Origin: Thermoanaerobaculia bacterium
GTDB lineage: Bacteria; Acidobacteriota; Thermoanaerobaculia; Multivoradales; JAHEKO01
NCBI GenBank assembly: GCA_947259725.1
Contig: CAMYNM010000020.1
Location: forward strand, 18,584-82,583
Direction of reading: 5' to 3'
DNA length: 64,000 nucleotides
In this document: positions 47,765 through 58,054 of the stretch, in pieces
How the letters are laid out: every line of letters starts with the position of its first letter
How positions within the stretch are numbered: the first letter of the stretch is position 1
The notes under the pieces: model-generated
The model's database searches: none
What the model saw: the letters and a program-made list of their open reading frames with translations, nothing else
What the model was told of the DNA's origin: nothing
Program-made: the position numbers and the translations under genes

Positions 47765-49514
47765 GAGTTCAGCATTGAGAGTCCTGGGGCACCTGGTTCC
47801 CTACTTCAAGCGGTACCCTGCGAAACTCGCGAGCGGCATTGCGTGCATCGCGCTGGCTGTCACCGCGGGCCTATTCGGGCCGATCATCGTGGGCCGGGCA
47901 GTGGATTCCTTCGTCGAGCAGGCGTCGTCGGCGACTCTGTTTCGGTACGGGCTGCTTCTGGTCGTCGTCACCGCGGTTCAAGGAGTCTTCAGCTTCGGGC
48001 AGCGGTTGATTCTGGTGTCTCTCAGCCGAGACATCGAGTACGACATACGCAACGACTACTTTGAGCATCTGGAGGCGCTGCCGCTCTCGTACTACCAACG
48101 CAACTACACCGGTGATCTCATGGCCAGGGCGACCAACGACCTGCAGGCGGTCCGGATGCTCTGCGGCCCGGCGATCATGTATGCGACCAGCACCCTGCTG
48201 ACCGCCTCGGGCGCCTTGTTCTTCATGATCGGCATTCATTGGCGACTGACCCTCTTATCGCTAGCGGCGATGCCGTTGGTGGCGGTTACGACGCAAGTGT
48301 TCGGTCAGCGCATCCACGTCCTGTTCGACAAGGTCCAGGAGCAATTCTCGAGCCTTTCCACCAAGGTGCAGGAGAGCTTGTCCGGAGCTCGCGTGGTGCG
48401 AGCCCACGCCCGGGAGGCATCCGAGGTCGAGGCCTTCGAGCGCACCAACGCCGAGTATGTTCGCCGGAGCAAGAAGCTGATTCGCTGGACGACCGCGTTT
48501 CATCCCCTGCTTCAGTTGCTCGTTGGCCTCGGTTTCGTGGCGGTACTCTGGTTCGGGGGAACGCTGGTCTGGCGCGGCGAGATTAGCGTCGGCGAGTTCG
48601 TCAGTTTTAATTTCTTCCTGTCCAAGTTGGTCTGGCCGATGATCGCGATCGGTTGGGTGATCAATCTCGTTCAGCGCGGGACTGCCTCGCTGGGTCGGAT
48701 CCGGCGGGTGCTCGAGACCGAGCCGGAGATCATCGACCTCTCCCCGGGCTCGGCCGACGCGATTGTCGGGGCATTGGGGATGAGTCAGCTCAGCTTTCGC
48801 TATCCGGGTAGCGACGAGAGCGTCCTCGCGGATGTGGAGCTCCAACTCGGCGCGGGTGAGACGCTCGGTATCGTCGGACGCACGGGTAGCGGCAAGAGCA
48901 CGCTGCTGTCGCTCATTCCCCGGCTTCTCGATCCGCCTTCGGACCGAGTGTTCGTGGATGGCCGCGACGTACGCTTTCTGTCGCTCGCCTCGCTCCGAGA
49001 GGCGATCGGGGTGGTACCGCAGGAGGCCTTTCTTTTCTCGACGTCGGTCGCGGCCAACATCGCGCTGGGGAAACAAGGAGCGGACCCCGAGGCGGTCGCA
49101 CGGGCCGCCGACCTCGCCGGGCTCGCGACCGATCTCGAGTCGTTCCCCAAGGGGCTCGACACGCTCGTTGGCGAGCGAGGGCTGACTCTTTCCGGCGGCC
49201 AGAAGCAGCGCGTCGCCCTGGCCCGCGCGCTGGTCCGCGATCCCAGGATCCTGCTTCTCGACGACTGCCTTTCAGCGGTCGATGCGGACACCGAAGAACG
49301 GATTCTGCGGAATCTGCGGCGCGTATTCGTGGGTCGCACGGTCGTCGTGGTTTCCCACCGCATCTCGGCTGTGCGCCAGGCGGACCAGATCATCGCGCTC
49401 GACAGAGGGCGGGTGGTGGAAAGAGGCAGCCATGCCGATCTGATGAAGCTTGACGGCGCCTATGCGGACCTGGCCCGGCGGCAGCAGCTCGAGGAAGAGC
49501 TCGCGGCGGTTTGA
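47742..49514 (+). CDS. ABC exporter half-transporter (MdlA/TM287-like, degenerate Walker B)
   Basis: TGDLMARATND, GRTGSGKST, LSGGQKQR, ILLLDDCLSAVD, SHRIS. Confidence 0.93.
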   Translation: MTRPRSDESSALRVLGHLVPYFKRYPAKLASGIACIALAVTAGLFGPIIVGRAVDSFVEQASSATLFRYGLLLVVVTAVQGVFSFGQRLILVSLSRDIEYDIRNDYFEHLEALPLSYYQRNYTGDLMARATNDLQAVRMLCGPAIMYATSTLLTASGALFFMIGIHWRLTLLSLAAMPLVAVTTQVFGQRIHVLFDKVQEQFSSLSTKVQESLSGARVVRAHAREASEVEAFERTNAEYVRRSKKLIRWTTAFHPLLQLLVGLGFVAVLWFGGTLVWRGEISVGEFVSFNFFLSKLVWPMIAIGWVINLVQRGTASLGRIRRVLETEPEIIDLSPGSADAIVGALGMSQLSFRYPGSDESVLADVELQLGAGETLGIVGRTGSGKSTLLSLIPRLLDPPSDRVFVDGRDVRFLSLASLREAIGVVPQEAFLFSTSVAANIALGKQGADPEAVARAADLAGLATDLESFPKGLDTLVGERGLTLSGGQKQRVALARALVRDPRILLLDDCLSAVDADTEERILRNLRRVFVGRTVVVVSHRISAVRQADQIIALDRGRVVERGSHADLMKLDGAYADLARRQQLEEELAAV

Positions 49515-49570
49515 GGCTTCCGTTGGGGGGCTGGTGCCGGCGCGGCGGCATCCGTTACGCTCAGCGGCGG

Positions 49571-50479
49571 ATGAAGGTTGCGATCTCCGGCGGTACCGGT
49601 CTCATCGGCCGCGCCCTGGCAGCCCGGTTGCTCGGGGCGGGCAAGAGCGTCGTGGTCTTGAGCCGCCGGCCCGCGGCGGTGAAGGAGCTGCCGGCAGGAG
49701 CCCAGGTGTCAGCCTGGGACTGTCGGTCGGCCGGCCAACTCCTGCCCCTCCTCGACGAGGTTGATGCCTTCGTGCATCTCGCGGGCGAGAACATTGGTGC
49801 CGGACGCTGGACCGCCGAGCGAAAGGAGAGAATCCGCGCGAGCCGTGTCGCGTCCACGGTGGCGTTGGTCAAGGCGTTCGAAACCTCGCAGGCGCCACCC
49901 AGCGTGCTGGTGCAGGGCTCGGCGGTGGGCTTCTACGGCACCGAGGCCGAGGGTGCTGTCGACGAGACCGCTCCGGCTGGCGATGACTTCTTGGCCGGTG
50001 TCTGTCGGGAGTGGGAGGAGGCGGGAGCCCCGGTTGCGGAGCTGGGCGTGAGGCGGGTGATCGCAAGAACCGGTGTGGTCTTCGCCGCCGAGGATGGCGC
50101 GCTGCCCAGAATCGTGATGCCCTTCCGGCTGTTTGCCGGCGGGCCCGTCGGCCGCGGAGACCAGGTTCTCTCCTGGATTCACCTGGAGGACGAGGTCGGT
50201 GCGATCGCGCACTTGGTCGACGATCAAGGCGCCGAGGGCGCCTTCAACCTGACGGCGCCCGAGCCGGTCACCAATCGACGGCTGGCGCGGGTGCTCGGCA
50301 GGGTGCTCGGCCGGCCGAGTTTCGTGCCGACACCAGCCTTCGCCTTGCGCCTGGCGCTCGGAGAGATGTCCACTCTGGTGCTCGACGGCCAGCGCGCGGT
50401 GCCCGCGCGCCTGATCGAGCGCGGTTACGAGTTTCGATTCCCGCAGCTCGAGCCGGCGCTTCGGGACTTGCTTTCCTGA
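49571..50479 (+). CDS. TIGR01777 family NAD-dependent epimerase-like oxidoreductase
   Basis: ISGGTGLIG, HLAGENI..RWT, SAVGFYG, C.EWE, SWIH.ED. Confidence 0.92.
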   Translation: MKVAISGGTGLIGRALAARLLGAGKSVVVLSRRPAAVKELPAGAQVSAWDCRSAGQLLPLLDEVDAFVHLAGENIGAGRWTAERKERIRASRVASTVALVKAFETSQAPPSVLVQGSAVGFYGTEAEGAVDETAPAGDDFLAGVCREWEEAGAPVAELGVRRVIARTGVVFAAEDGALPRIVMPFRLFAGGPVGRGDQVLSWIHLEDEVGAIAHLVDDQGAEGAFNLTAPEPVTNRRLARVLGRVLGRPSFVPTPAFALRLALGEMSTLVLDGQRAVPARLIERGYEFRFPQLEPALRDLLS

Positions 50480-50489
50480 GGGAGGATCC

Positions 50490-50954
50490 GTGGAGGGAAT
50501 ACGGCAGGGCGACATCCCCGGCGTCCAGCTGAGGCGCCGCCAGCTGGTGCTCGGAATGACGCCCGCGGGACTGTGGCCCCACCTGGCCGAGCCGGTCAAG
50601 TTGAGTCAGTGGCTCGCGGACCGCGTTCGTTCCGAGCCGGGGCCTCCGGTCGTGTTCCGGCTCGAGACCGACCAACCGAACGACTCGGCGCGAGAAGAGT
50701 ACGCCGAAGTCGTCGAGTGGTCTCCGCCGCGAAGGATGGTCCTGGGCTTCCGAGAGCTCCATGCCGACTGGAGGTCGGCCACCTCGCTGACCCTCGAGTT
50801 GCATCCGGTCGCGCAGGGTTGCGAGGTCATGGTTTTCCAGGAGGGCTTCCAGCAGCTTCCACTATCGCTCGGGCTGACCGTCTGGGAGCGCTCGCGGTTG
50901 CGATGGACGGCCGCTTTGGGACGCCTGGCGCAGCTGGCGGAACTGGCTTCCTAG
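50490..50954 (+). CDS. SRPBCC/AHSA1-like domain protein
   Basis: LW..L.EP..L.QW, PP.R....F, W...L..L C-terminal helix; GGAGGA RBS. Confidence 0.7.
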   Translation: MEGIRQGDIPGVQLRRRQLVLGMTPAGLWPHLAEPVKLSQWLADRVRSEPGPPVVFRLETDQPNDSAREEYAEVVEWSPPRRMVLGFRELHADWRSATSLTLELHPVAQGCEVMVFQEGFQQLPLSLGLTVWERSRLRWTAALGRLAQLAELAS

Positions 50955-52159
50955 CGGCTCCACGCCGCGCCGATGGACGCGGCCACCTGGTCGCGAACGT
51001 CGGGCGGAGTGTAGACGCGGAACCGTTCGATTCGCGCGAGATGCCGGATGAACTGGCTGGACTCTTCCATCGAGCGCAACGAGCCGTCGGAGTGGCGCAC
51101 CAGAACACGAGACTGACCCAGGCGGTGCGGGTCCTTGGCTGAGTTAGAGACCAGCAGCCGATGCTCGCCGAACTGCCGGCGCACCTCGGCCAGCAGAGCG
51201 GTGAACCGGTCCCGTTCCTCGCGCGTCAGGTGCTCGTCTGTTTCGAAGGCCAACCGGTAGTAGAGACGGTCGACGACCGCCCGCGCGTGCGGACTGCCGG
51301 ACTCACGCATCAGCGCCATGGTGGAAACGTCGTCGTGCCCGAGAAAGGTCTTCGCCGCCGACGGCCACTGCCGGTTCTGCTCCGACAGCCATTCGTTGAA
51401 ATGCAGCTCCAGAGCCTTGACGGTGAGGTTGAAGTAGACCTGGGTAAACATGTAGTAGCGGGCCATGACCAGCGCTTCGAGTGCGTGGACACCTCCTTCT
51501 TCGACACCGAGGCCCCAATCGCCGGTTTCAGGGTCTTCTATCGGCTCCATGGTCTCGAGGATCCGGGCGAGGTCGTAATTGCCGTACCGCACGCCGCAAT
51601 ACAAACTGTCGCGCAACAGATAGTCCATCTTGTCGACATCGAGCTCACCGGAGATCACCTGGGCGCAGAGCCGCCGGCGGGGTTCCTCGGGTTTGCCCAG
51701 CAGCTCGCAAACGTCCTGCGCGGTGATGCCGTCGCCGAAGTCGGCGAAGATTCTGACCACGTCGTCGGTGAGCAGAATGCGCCGGGTCATTTCCTCATGG
51801 TCGATGCCGTCCTCGAAAAGATCCTCGGCCGAATGGCTGAAAGGCGCATGGCCGACGTCGTGCACCAGAGCCGCGACCCGCAAAAGGCGGCGTTCGACGG
51901 AGGATTGTCCCGGTGTCAACAAGTCGGGAGCCTTGGCCGCCAGGGCGTCGTAGACCCGCCCGGCCAGGTGCATGGCGCCGAGAACGTGACTGAATCGGCT
52001 GTGCTCGGCTCCCGGAAAGACCAGGTAGGCGAATCCGAGCTGATGAATCCAGCGCAGGCGCTGCACCGGCAGGCTATTGATCAGCGCGTGTTCGAGCGGG
52101 TCGGCGTGGATGAAGCCGTGGATCGGATCGCGGTACGAGGCCTGCCGCTGAAGGGTCAC
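50951..52159 (-). CDS. HD-domain phosphohydrolase (SAMHD1-like/YdhJ family)
   Basis: RDPIHG, QRLR.I.QLG, PGAEHSRFSH.LG, HDVGH.PFSH, DVDKMDYLLRD, AR..M..QVY; probable GTG start 52159. Confidence 0.92.
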   Translation of the reverse strand: MTLQRQASYRDPIHGFIHADPLEHALINSLPVQRLRWIHQLGFAYLVFPGAEHSRFSHVLGAMHLAGRVYDALAAKAPDLLTPGQSSVERRLLRVAALVHDVGHAPFSHSAEDLFEDGIDHEEMTRRILLTDDVVRIFADFGDGITAQDVCELLGKPEEPRRRLCAQVISGELDVDKMDYLLRDSLYCGVRYGNYDLARILETMEPIEDPETGDWGLGVEEGGVHALEALVMARYYMFTQVYFNLTVKALELHFNEWLSEQNRQWPSAAKTFLGHDDVSTMALMRESGSPHARAVVDRLYYRLAFETDEHLTREERDRFTALLAEVRRQFGEHRLLVSNSAKDPHRLGQSRVLVRHSDGSLRSMEESSQFIRHLARIERFRVYTPPDVRDQVAASIGAAWSR

Positions 52160-52170
52160 CGGCGTTGTGC

Positions 52171-53418
52171 TCAGGCCGCGACAGCGGTGTCGACCTCTTC
52201 GCCTTCTGATTTGGCGATGATCGCTGCGCCGCACGAGTCGCTGAAGATGTTGATCGCGGTACGGTACATGTCCAGTGGCCGATCGACCGCGAGCATCGCT
52301 CCGACGATGACGTCGACCTCGGGTCCGCGCAGGTTGACCGCTTCGAGAACGATGAAAATCACCACCAGACCCGCCGAAGGCACGGCGGCCGCCCCGATCG
52401 AGGCCAGCAGAGCGGTGAGCACCACTACCATCTGCGCTCCGATGGTAAGGTCGACGCCGAGCACCTGCGCGATGAAGAGCACGCCGGCGCATTCGTAGAG
52501 CGCGGTCCCGTCCATGTTGATCGTGGCGCCCATCGGCAACACGAACGACGAGATGCGATTGGAGACCCCTACCTTCTTCTCGACGTTCGAGATCGTCACC
52601 GGCAGGGTCGCGGCAGATGAGCTCGTCGAAAACGCCATGAGGAGGGCATCCATCATGTTGCGAAAATGGATCTGCGGTTTGATGCGGCCGAGCAGGATCA
52701 GAATCAGCGGCAGGGTTACGAACAGATGCACGGTCAGGCTGATCGCGATGGTCAGCATGTACATGCCCAGCGCCCGGAAGGACTCGAGCCCGGACGTTCC
52801 GACGAGCCGCGTGATCAGCCCGAACACTCCGAGCGGCAAGAACACGATGATCCCGGCGGTGAGCTTCATCATCGCCTGAAACCCCGCGTCGAAGACCTCG
52901 ACCAGCACCGTTCGGGGCTTTTCGGGGAGGTGCGCGAGTGCCATCCCGAACACGATGCAGAAGAAGATCACCGAGAGCATCTTCGACTCGGAGGCGGCGC
53001 CGAAGAAGTTCTCCGGCACGACGTCGAGCAAGACGTCGATTGGGGAGCTCGGAGCCGCCAACTCGGGTAGCGTGGCTTGCTGGGCGCTGCCCATATTGGC
53101 GCCCACGCCGGGCTTGATGAGGTTGACCGCGAACAGACCAGCCAGGATGGCCAGGGCGCTGGTCAGAACGTAGTAGCCCAGCGTTTTGCCGAAGAGGCGC
53201 CCCAGATCCCGTCCACCGCCGATCGAGGCCACTCCTGACACGATCGAAGTGATGATCAGCGGCACGATGATCATCTTGAGCAACGAGATGAACAGCGTGC
53301 CGAGCCAGCCGACCTTGCCGACCACTGCTTCGCCGCCCGCGAGGCCGGTGGCGATGCCGACGGCCATGGCGATCAGGATCTGCCAGTGCAGCTTCCTGTA
53401 CCAGCGTTGATTTTCCAT
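52171..53418 (-). CDS. Dicarboxylate/amino acid:cation symporter (GltP/DAACS family)
   Basis: LLKMII.PL, FSTSSS.ATLP, GATINMDGT, DRPLDM.RT..N. Confidence 0.95.
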   Translation of the reverse strand: MENQRWYRKLHWQILIAMAVGIATGLAGGEAVVGKVGWLGTLFISLLKMIIVPLIITSIVSGVASIGGGRDLGRLFGKTLGYYVLTSALAILAGLFAVNLIKPGVGANMGSAQQATLPELAAPSSPIDVLLDVVPENFFGAASESKMLSVIFFCIVFGMALAHLPEKPRTVLVEVFDAGFQAMMKLTAGIIVFLPLGVFGLITRLVGTSGLESFRALGMYMLTIAISLTVHLFVTLPLILILLGRIKPQIHFRNMMDALLMAFSTSSSAATLPVTISNVEKKVGVSNRISSFVLPMGATINMDGTALYECAGVLFIAQVLGVDLTIGAQMVVVLTALLASIGAAAVPSAGLVVIFIVLEAVNLRGPEVDVIVGAMLAVDRPLDMYRTAINIFSDSCGAAIIAKSEGEEVDTAVAA

Positions 53419-53533
53419 TCGCGGTCAGACCCTACGGCAAGCGCGGGGCGGTTGCAAACGGGTTCGGAGTCGGGAGGAGGGAGCGCCTCAGCGCCGCGCG
53501 AACGGCGGGCGCGCTCGATTGGGCGCGGCCGAG

Positions 53534-53692
53534 CTAGCCACTCTTGGAGGACGCCTTATCCGCATCTGCGTCGTCGCCCTCTTGGGAGCTTCCGCATTTG
53601 GGGCAGGCAGCGTCGTTCTTACCGAGGTCGTAGTACTTGGTGCCGCAACTCGGGCATTCGTGTTTGGATCCAAGTTCGATTGTGGCTGACAT
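53534..53692 (-). CDS. Small zinc-ribbon protein, FYDLN/TIGR02300-like (52 aa; not in ORF track)
   Basis: Translated by hand: MSATIELGSKHECPSCGTKYYDLGKNDAACPKCGSSQEGDDADADKASSKSG; GAGGGG RBS. Confidence 0.88.
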   Translation of the reverse strand: MSATIELGSKHECPSCGTKYYDLGKNDAACPKCGSSQEGDDADADKASSKSG

Positions 53693-53721
53693 CGGCTACC
53701 CCTCGCTGCCTGTGGAGCGGG

Positions 53722-53750
53722 AAGGTAGCATTCGCCCCAGGGGGTGTCAA
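53722..53750 (-). promoter_or_regulatory. Sigma-70 promoter for the FYDLN-like gene
   Basis: TTGACA-N17-TACCTT with extended TG. Confidence 0.7.
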
Positions 53751-53839
53751 GGTGGCCCGGCCCCGTGAGCGCGCAAAGGCCCCACGGCGTTCTTGGGAGC
53801 CGGTCGGCCAGCCTGGGGTGACCCCAGAGGCGCGGGCTC

Positions 53840-53905
53840 TCAGTCCGACCAGAGGAAGCCGGTGAGAAAGTTGATGAGGTCGGAAACGTTGAGAATGGTG
53901 AACAT
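53840..53905 (-). CDS. Putative 21-aa amphipathic peptide MFTILNVSDLINFLTGFLWSD (not in ORF track)
   Basis: AAGGGAG RBS 8 nt upstream; 18 of 21 codons end in G/C; sigma-54-type promoter upstream; hairpin downstream. Confidence 0.65.
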   Translation of the reverse strand: MFTILNVSDLINFLTGFLWSD

Positions 53906-53962
53906 GTCGCTTACTCCCTTCTAGAGGCTCAGGGGAACCTTGTGTTCCGTCTCTTGGAATAG

Positions 53963-53979
53963 AGCAGGCTCTGTGCCAG
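53963..53979 (-). promoter_or_regulatory. Sigma-54 (-24/-12) promoter for the 21-aa ORF
   Basis: CTGGCACAGAGCCTGCT versus consensus YTGGCACG-N4-TTGCW; exact GG-N10-GC spacing. Confidence 0.7.
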
Positions 53980-54204
53980 CCATTTCTTTTCCTTGACTGA
54001 AACGGAAAGAACTGAAAACAGGACACTTACGCTCAGAGCGAAGCGGCGGTGCGGTTTCAAAAACGGTTGCGAGCAGGAGTAGGCGCCACTTTTTCGGCGA
54101 AAGCGACCAAAGAAGCGGCGGGCCGGGATCTTGCAGAACGGAGCCTTGCCGCGCTCTGGGGGAGCGGTTAGGATGAGCGCCCCCCGGTTCGCGGCCGAGG
54201 AACC

Positions 54205-54942
54205 ATGCATCGAATCCTCTCCATTTTCGGCCTCCTGTCGCTCGCCTTGGGGTCGGTGGGCTACTGCGGAGAGCTGTCCGCCGAGGCCGGCGCCAGTCCG
54301 TTCGATCGGAGTCTGTCCCCGTCCCAGCGCCTCGAAGCGCTCGCCGAGAGGGTTCGCCTGGCGCACGAGTCGCTCGAAACGTTGGAAGCGGACTTCTCCC
54401 AGGTCAAGGAGAGCGGCTTGCTTCTGGAGCCGGACCGCGCGAGCGGGCAGTTCTCGTACAGCGCCCCGGACAAGGTCCGCTGGGAGTATCTGAATCCGGA
54501 TCCGATCTCGCTGGTCATCGCCGACAGCACGATGACCACCTGGTATCACGATATCGGTCAGGTCGAACAGGCAGCCGTAGGAGCTCAGGCCGATCGCGTC
54601 CTGCGCTATCTGGGCGCCGGAACGTCGCTCGACAGACTGTTGGAGTACTTCACCGTCACTCTGCGGGTGGCTCCCGAGGAAGACGAGCCCTTGAAACTCA
54701 AGCTCTCCCCTCGGTTCGAGCGGGTCGCCAAGCGGATTCGAGAGATGGAGCTGTGGCTCGATCCGGATCTGTTCCTGCCGGTCCGCCTTCGCTACGTGGA
54801 GGGTGACGGAGACGTGACCGAGTACCGATTCGCGAACTTCCGCAGGAACGAGGGCATCGAGGCGAGTCGGTTCGAGCTCGAGTGGCCCGAAGAGGTCGAG
54901 GTCAGGCTGATTCGCCTCAACGGCCGCGCCGGGGCTCCCTGA
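54205..54942 (+). CDS. lolA: Outer-membrane lipoprotein carrier protein, LolA family
   Basis: Signal peptide; LEADFSQ, SG......PDKVRWEY..P, F...F.L..P..V. Confidence 0.8.
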   Translation: MHRILSIFGLLSLALGSVGYCGELSAEAGASPFDRSLSPSQRLEALAERVRLAHESLETLEADFSQVKESGLLLEPDRASGQFSYSAPDKVRWEYLNPDPISLVIADSTMTTWYHDIGQVEQAAVGAQADRVLRYLGAGTSLDRLLEYFTVTLRVAPEEDEPLKLKLSPRFERVAKRIREMELWLDPDLFLPVRLRYVEGDGDVTEYRFANFRRNEGIEASRFELEWPEEVEVRLIRLNGRAGAP

Positions 54943-54993
54943 AGCCGCCGAAACCCGCTGCCCCTCTGAGCTCCTGAGCGCCACCCGAACTGA

Positions 54994-56132
<1,139 letters not shown>

Positions 56133-56136
<4 letters not shown>

Positions 56137-56447
56137 GTTTCTCGATGCTTGCTCTTGCCCAGGCGGCGGCCCAGCCGAGCCCGTTCCTGCAACTGGTACC
56201 GATCGTCCTTATCTTCGGTATCTTCTATTTTCTGCTGATCGCGCCGATGCGCAAGCGCCAGAAGGCGCTTCAGCGCATGATCGAGGAGCTTGAGAAGGGA
56301 GACCGGGTGGTCACCTCGGGCGGCCTGCACGGAGAGGTCGCCGCTCTGGTTGGCAACGCCGTCCTGCTCAAGGTGGCCGACAACATCAAGGTCAAGGTTT
56401 CGAAGTCGGCGATCGCTGCGCTGCAGGAATCGGAGAGCGACGGCTGA
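56133..56447 (+). CDS. yajC: Preprotein translocase subunit YajC
   Basis: FYFLLI.P..KRQK, L.KGD.VVT.GG; between tgt and secD. Start TTG 56133 or ATG 56145. Confidence 0.95.
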
Positions 56448-56449
56448 AT

Positions 56450-58024
56450 ATGAAGAAGGGGCTACTCTGGAAGGGGCTGCTGATCGGCGCGATAGTGCTC
56501 GTGGGCGCGCTTTCGGCCTATCCCCTGCAGGAGAAGATCAAGCTTGGCCTCGACCTGCGCGGCGGAACCTATCTGGTGCTTCGGGTCGAGGTCGAAGATG
56601 CGCTCGGCGCCGAGACCGACAAGGACACCGCTCGACTGGTGCAGGAGCTTCGCGATCGGAGCGTCGCTACCGCCAGCGCGACCAGAACCTCTTCGACGGA
56701 ATTCGATCTGCTGGGCGTCGGTACCGATCGATCGAGCGACATCTCGGAGATCGCCGAGGAGTTCCTGCCCGGATGGGACTACCAGCGGCGCGCGGACCGC
56801 GTCGGGTTCAGAATGAAGCCGCAGAACGAGAGCACGATCGCGAACCAGTCGGTCAAGCAGGCGCTCGAGACCATCAGGAACCGGGTCGACGCGTTCGGCG
56901 TCTCCGAGCCCACCATTCAACGCCAGGGGCTCGAGGGCAACCGCATCGTGGTTCAGCTGCCGGGTGTCGACGATCCGGAGCGGGTCAAGAAACTCATCAA
57001 GAACACGGCGTTCCTGGACTTTCGCCTGGTGGCGTTTCCGCCCGACGGCGGGGGAGTCCAGTCGCGCGAGCAGATCCTCGGCAACTACGGCGGCAGCCTG
57101 CCCGATGACGTCGAGATTCTCGAGGGCCCGATTCGCGACAGCAGCGGCGACCTCGTCGGCGTCCAGTACTACGGAGTCGAGAAGCGCTCGGTGATCACCG
57201 GCAGGGATCTGAAGGACGCGCGGCCGGGACTGGGCGACTTCAATCAACCGATCGTCAACTTCTTCCTGACCCACGACGGCGGCAAGAGATTCGGAGAGAT
57301 CACTGGCGACAACATCGGGCGCGGTCTGGCGATCGTTCTCGACGGCAAGGTGCGCTCTGCACCGACTATTCGGGCGAAGATCAGCGATAGCGGGATGATC
57401 GAGGGCTCGTTTACCCGCCAAGAGGTAGAGGACCTATCTACCGTGCTCAAGTCGGGTGCTCTGCCGGCGGCGATCACCTATCTCGAGGAGCGCACTGTGG
57501 GGCCGTCCCTCGGACAGGACTCCATCGACCAGGGGCTCAAGGCGGGCCTCCTGGGAATGGCTCTGGTGGTCTTGACGATGTTCGTGGTCTACAAGGCCAC
57601 CGGAATGAACGCGATTGTGGCCCTGGCGCTCAACATCATCCTGATATTCGGCGCCCTGGCCTACTTCGGCGCCACGTTGACCCTGCCTGGAATCGCCGGC
57701 ATCGTTCTCACCATCGGCATGGCCGTGGACGCCAACGTGCTCGTCTTCGAGCGGATTCGCGAAGAGCTGAGGCACGGCAGGACGGTCAAGTCGGCCATCG
57801 ACGCCGGTTTCGGCAAGGCGCTCTCTTCGGTTCTTGATGCCAACATCACGACCTTGCTCGCGGCGCTTTTCCTCTTCCAGTTCGGAACCGGGCCGATTCG
57901 GGGCTTCGCGGTCACGCTATCGGTCGGCATCTTCGCGTCGCTGTTCTCGGCGATCTTCGTCAGCAGGTGGCTCTTCGACCTCATTCTTTCCCGCCGCCAG
58001 CGAGTGGACCGTCTCTCGATCTGA
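56450..58024 (+). CDS. secD: Protein translocase subunit SecD
   Basis: LGLDLRGG, RNRVD.FGVSEP, VQLPG, VGPSLG, GMAVDANV..FERI.EE. Confidence 0.97.
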   Translation: MKKGLLWKGLLIGAIVLVGALSAYPLQEKIKLGLDLRGGTYLVLRVEVEDALGAETDKDTARLVQELRDRSVATASATRTSSTEFDLLGVGTDRSSDISEIAEEFLPGWDYQRRADRVGFRMKPQNESTIANQSVKQALETIRNRVDAFGVSEPTIQRQGLEGNRIVVQLPGVDDPERVKKLIKNTAFLDFRLVAFPPDGGGVQSREQILGNYGGSLPDDVEILEGPIRDSSGDLVGVQYYGVEKRSVITGRDLKDARPGLGDFNQPIVNFFLTHDGGKRFGEITGDNIGRGLAIVLDGKVRSAPTIRAKISDSGMIEGSFTRQEVEDLSTVLKSGALPAAITYLEERTVGPSLGQDSIDQGLKAGLLGMALVVLTMFVVYKATGMNAIVALALNIILIFGALAYFGATLTLPGIAGIVLTIGMAVDANVLVFERIREELRHGRTVKSAIDAGFGKALSSVLDANITTLLAALFLFQFGTGPIRGFAVTLSVGIFASLFSAIFVSRWLFDLILSRRQRVDRLSI

Positions 58025-58054
58025 GGAACCGACGGCTCTTTCGAAGGACACGAG

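Noticed and set aside
50951..52159. HD/dNTPase genes as an anti-phage defence island
   Set aside because: Both HD genes sit among housekeeping genes with normal composition and no other defence or mobility genes nearby.
53488..54026. Track ORFs 53488..53673 and 53619..54026 (minus) and 53386..53865 (plus)
   Set aside because: No recognisable motifs or RBS; the region is better explained by the two small ORFs 53534-53692 and 53840-53905.
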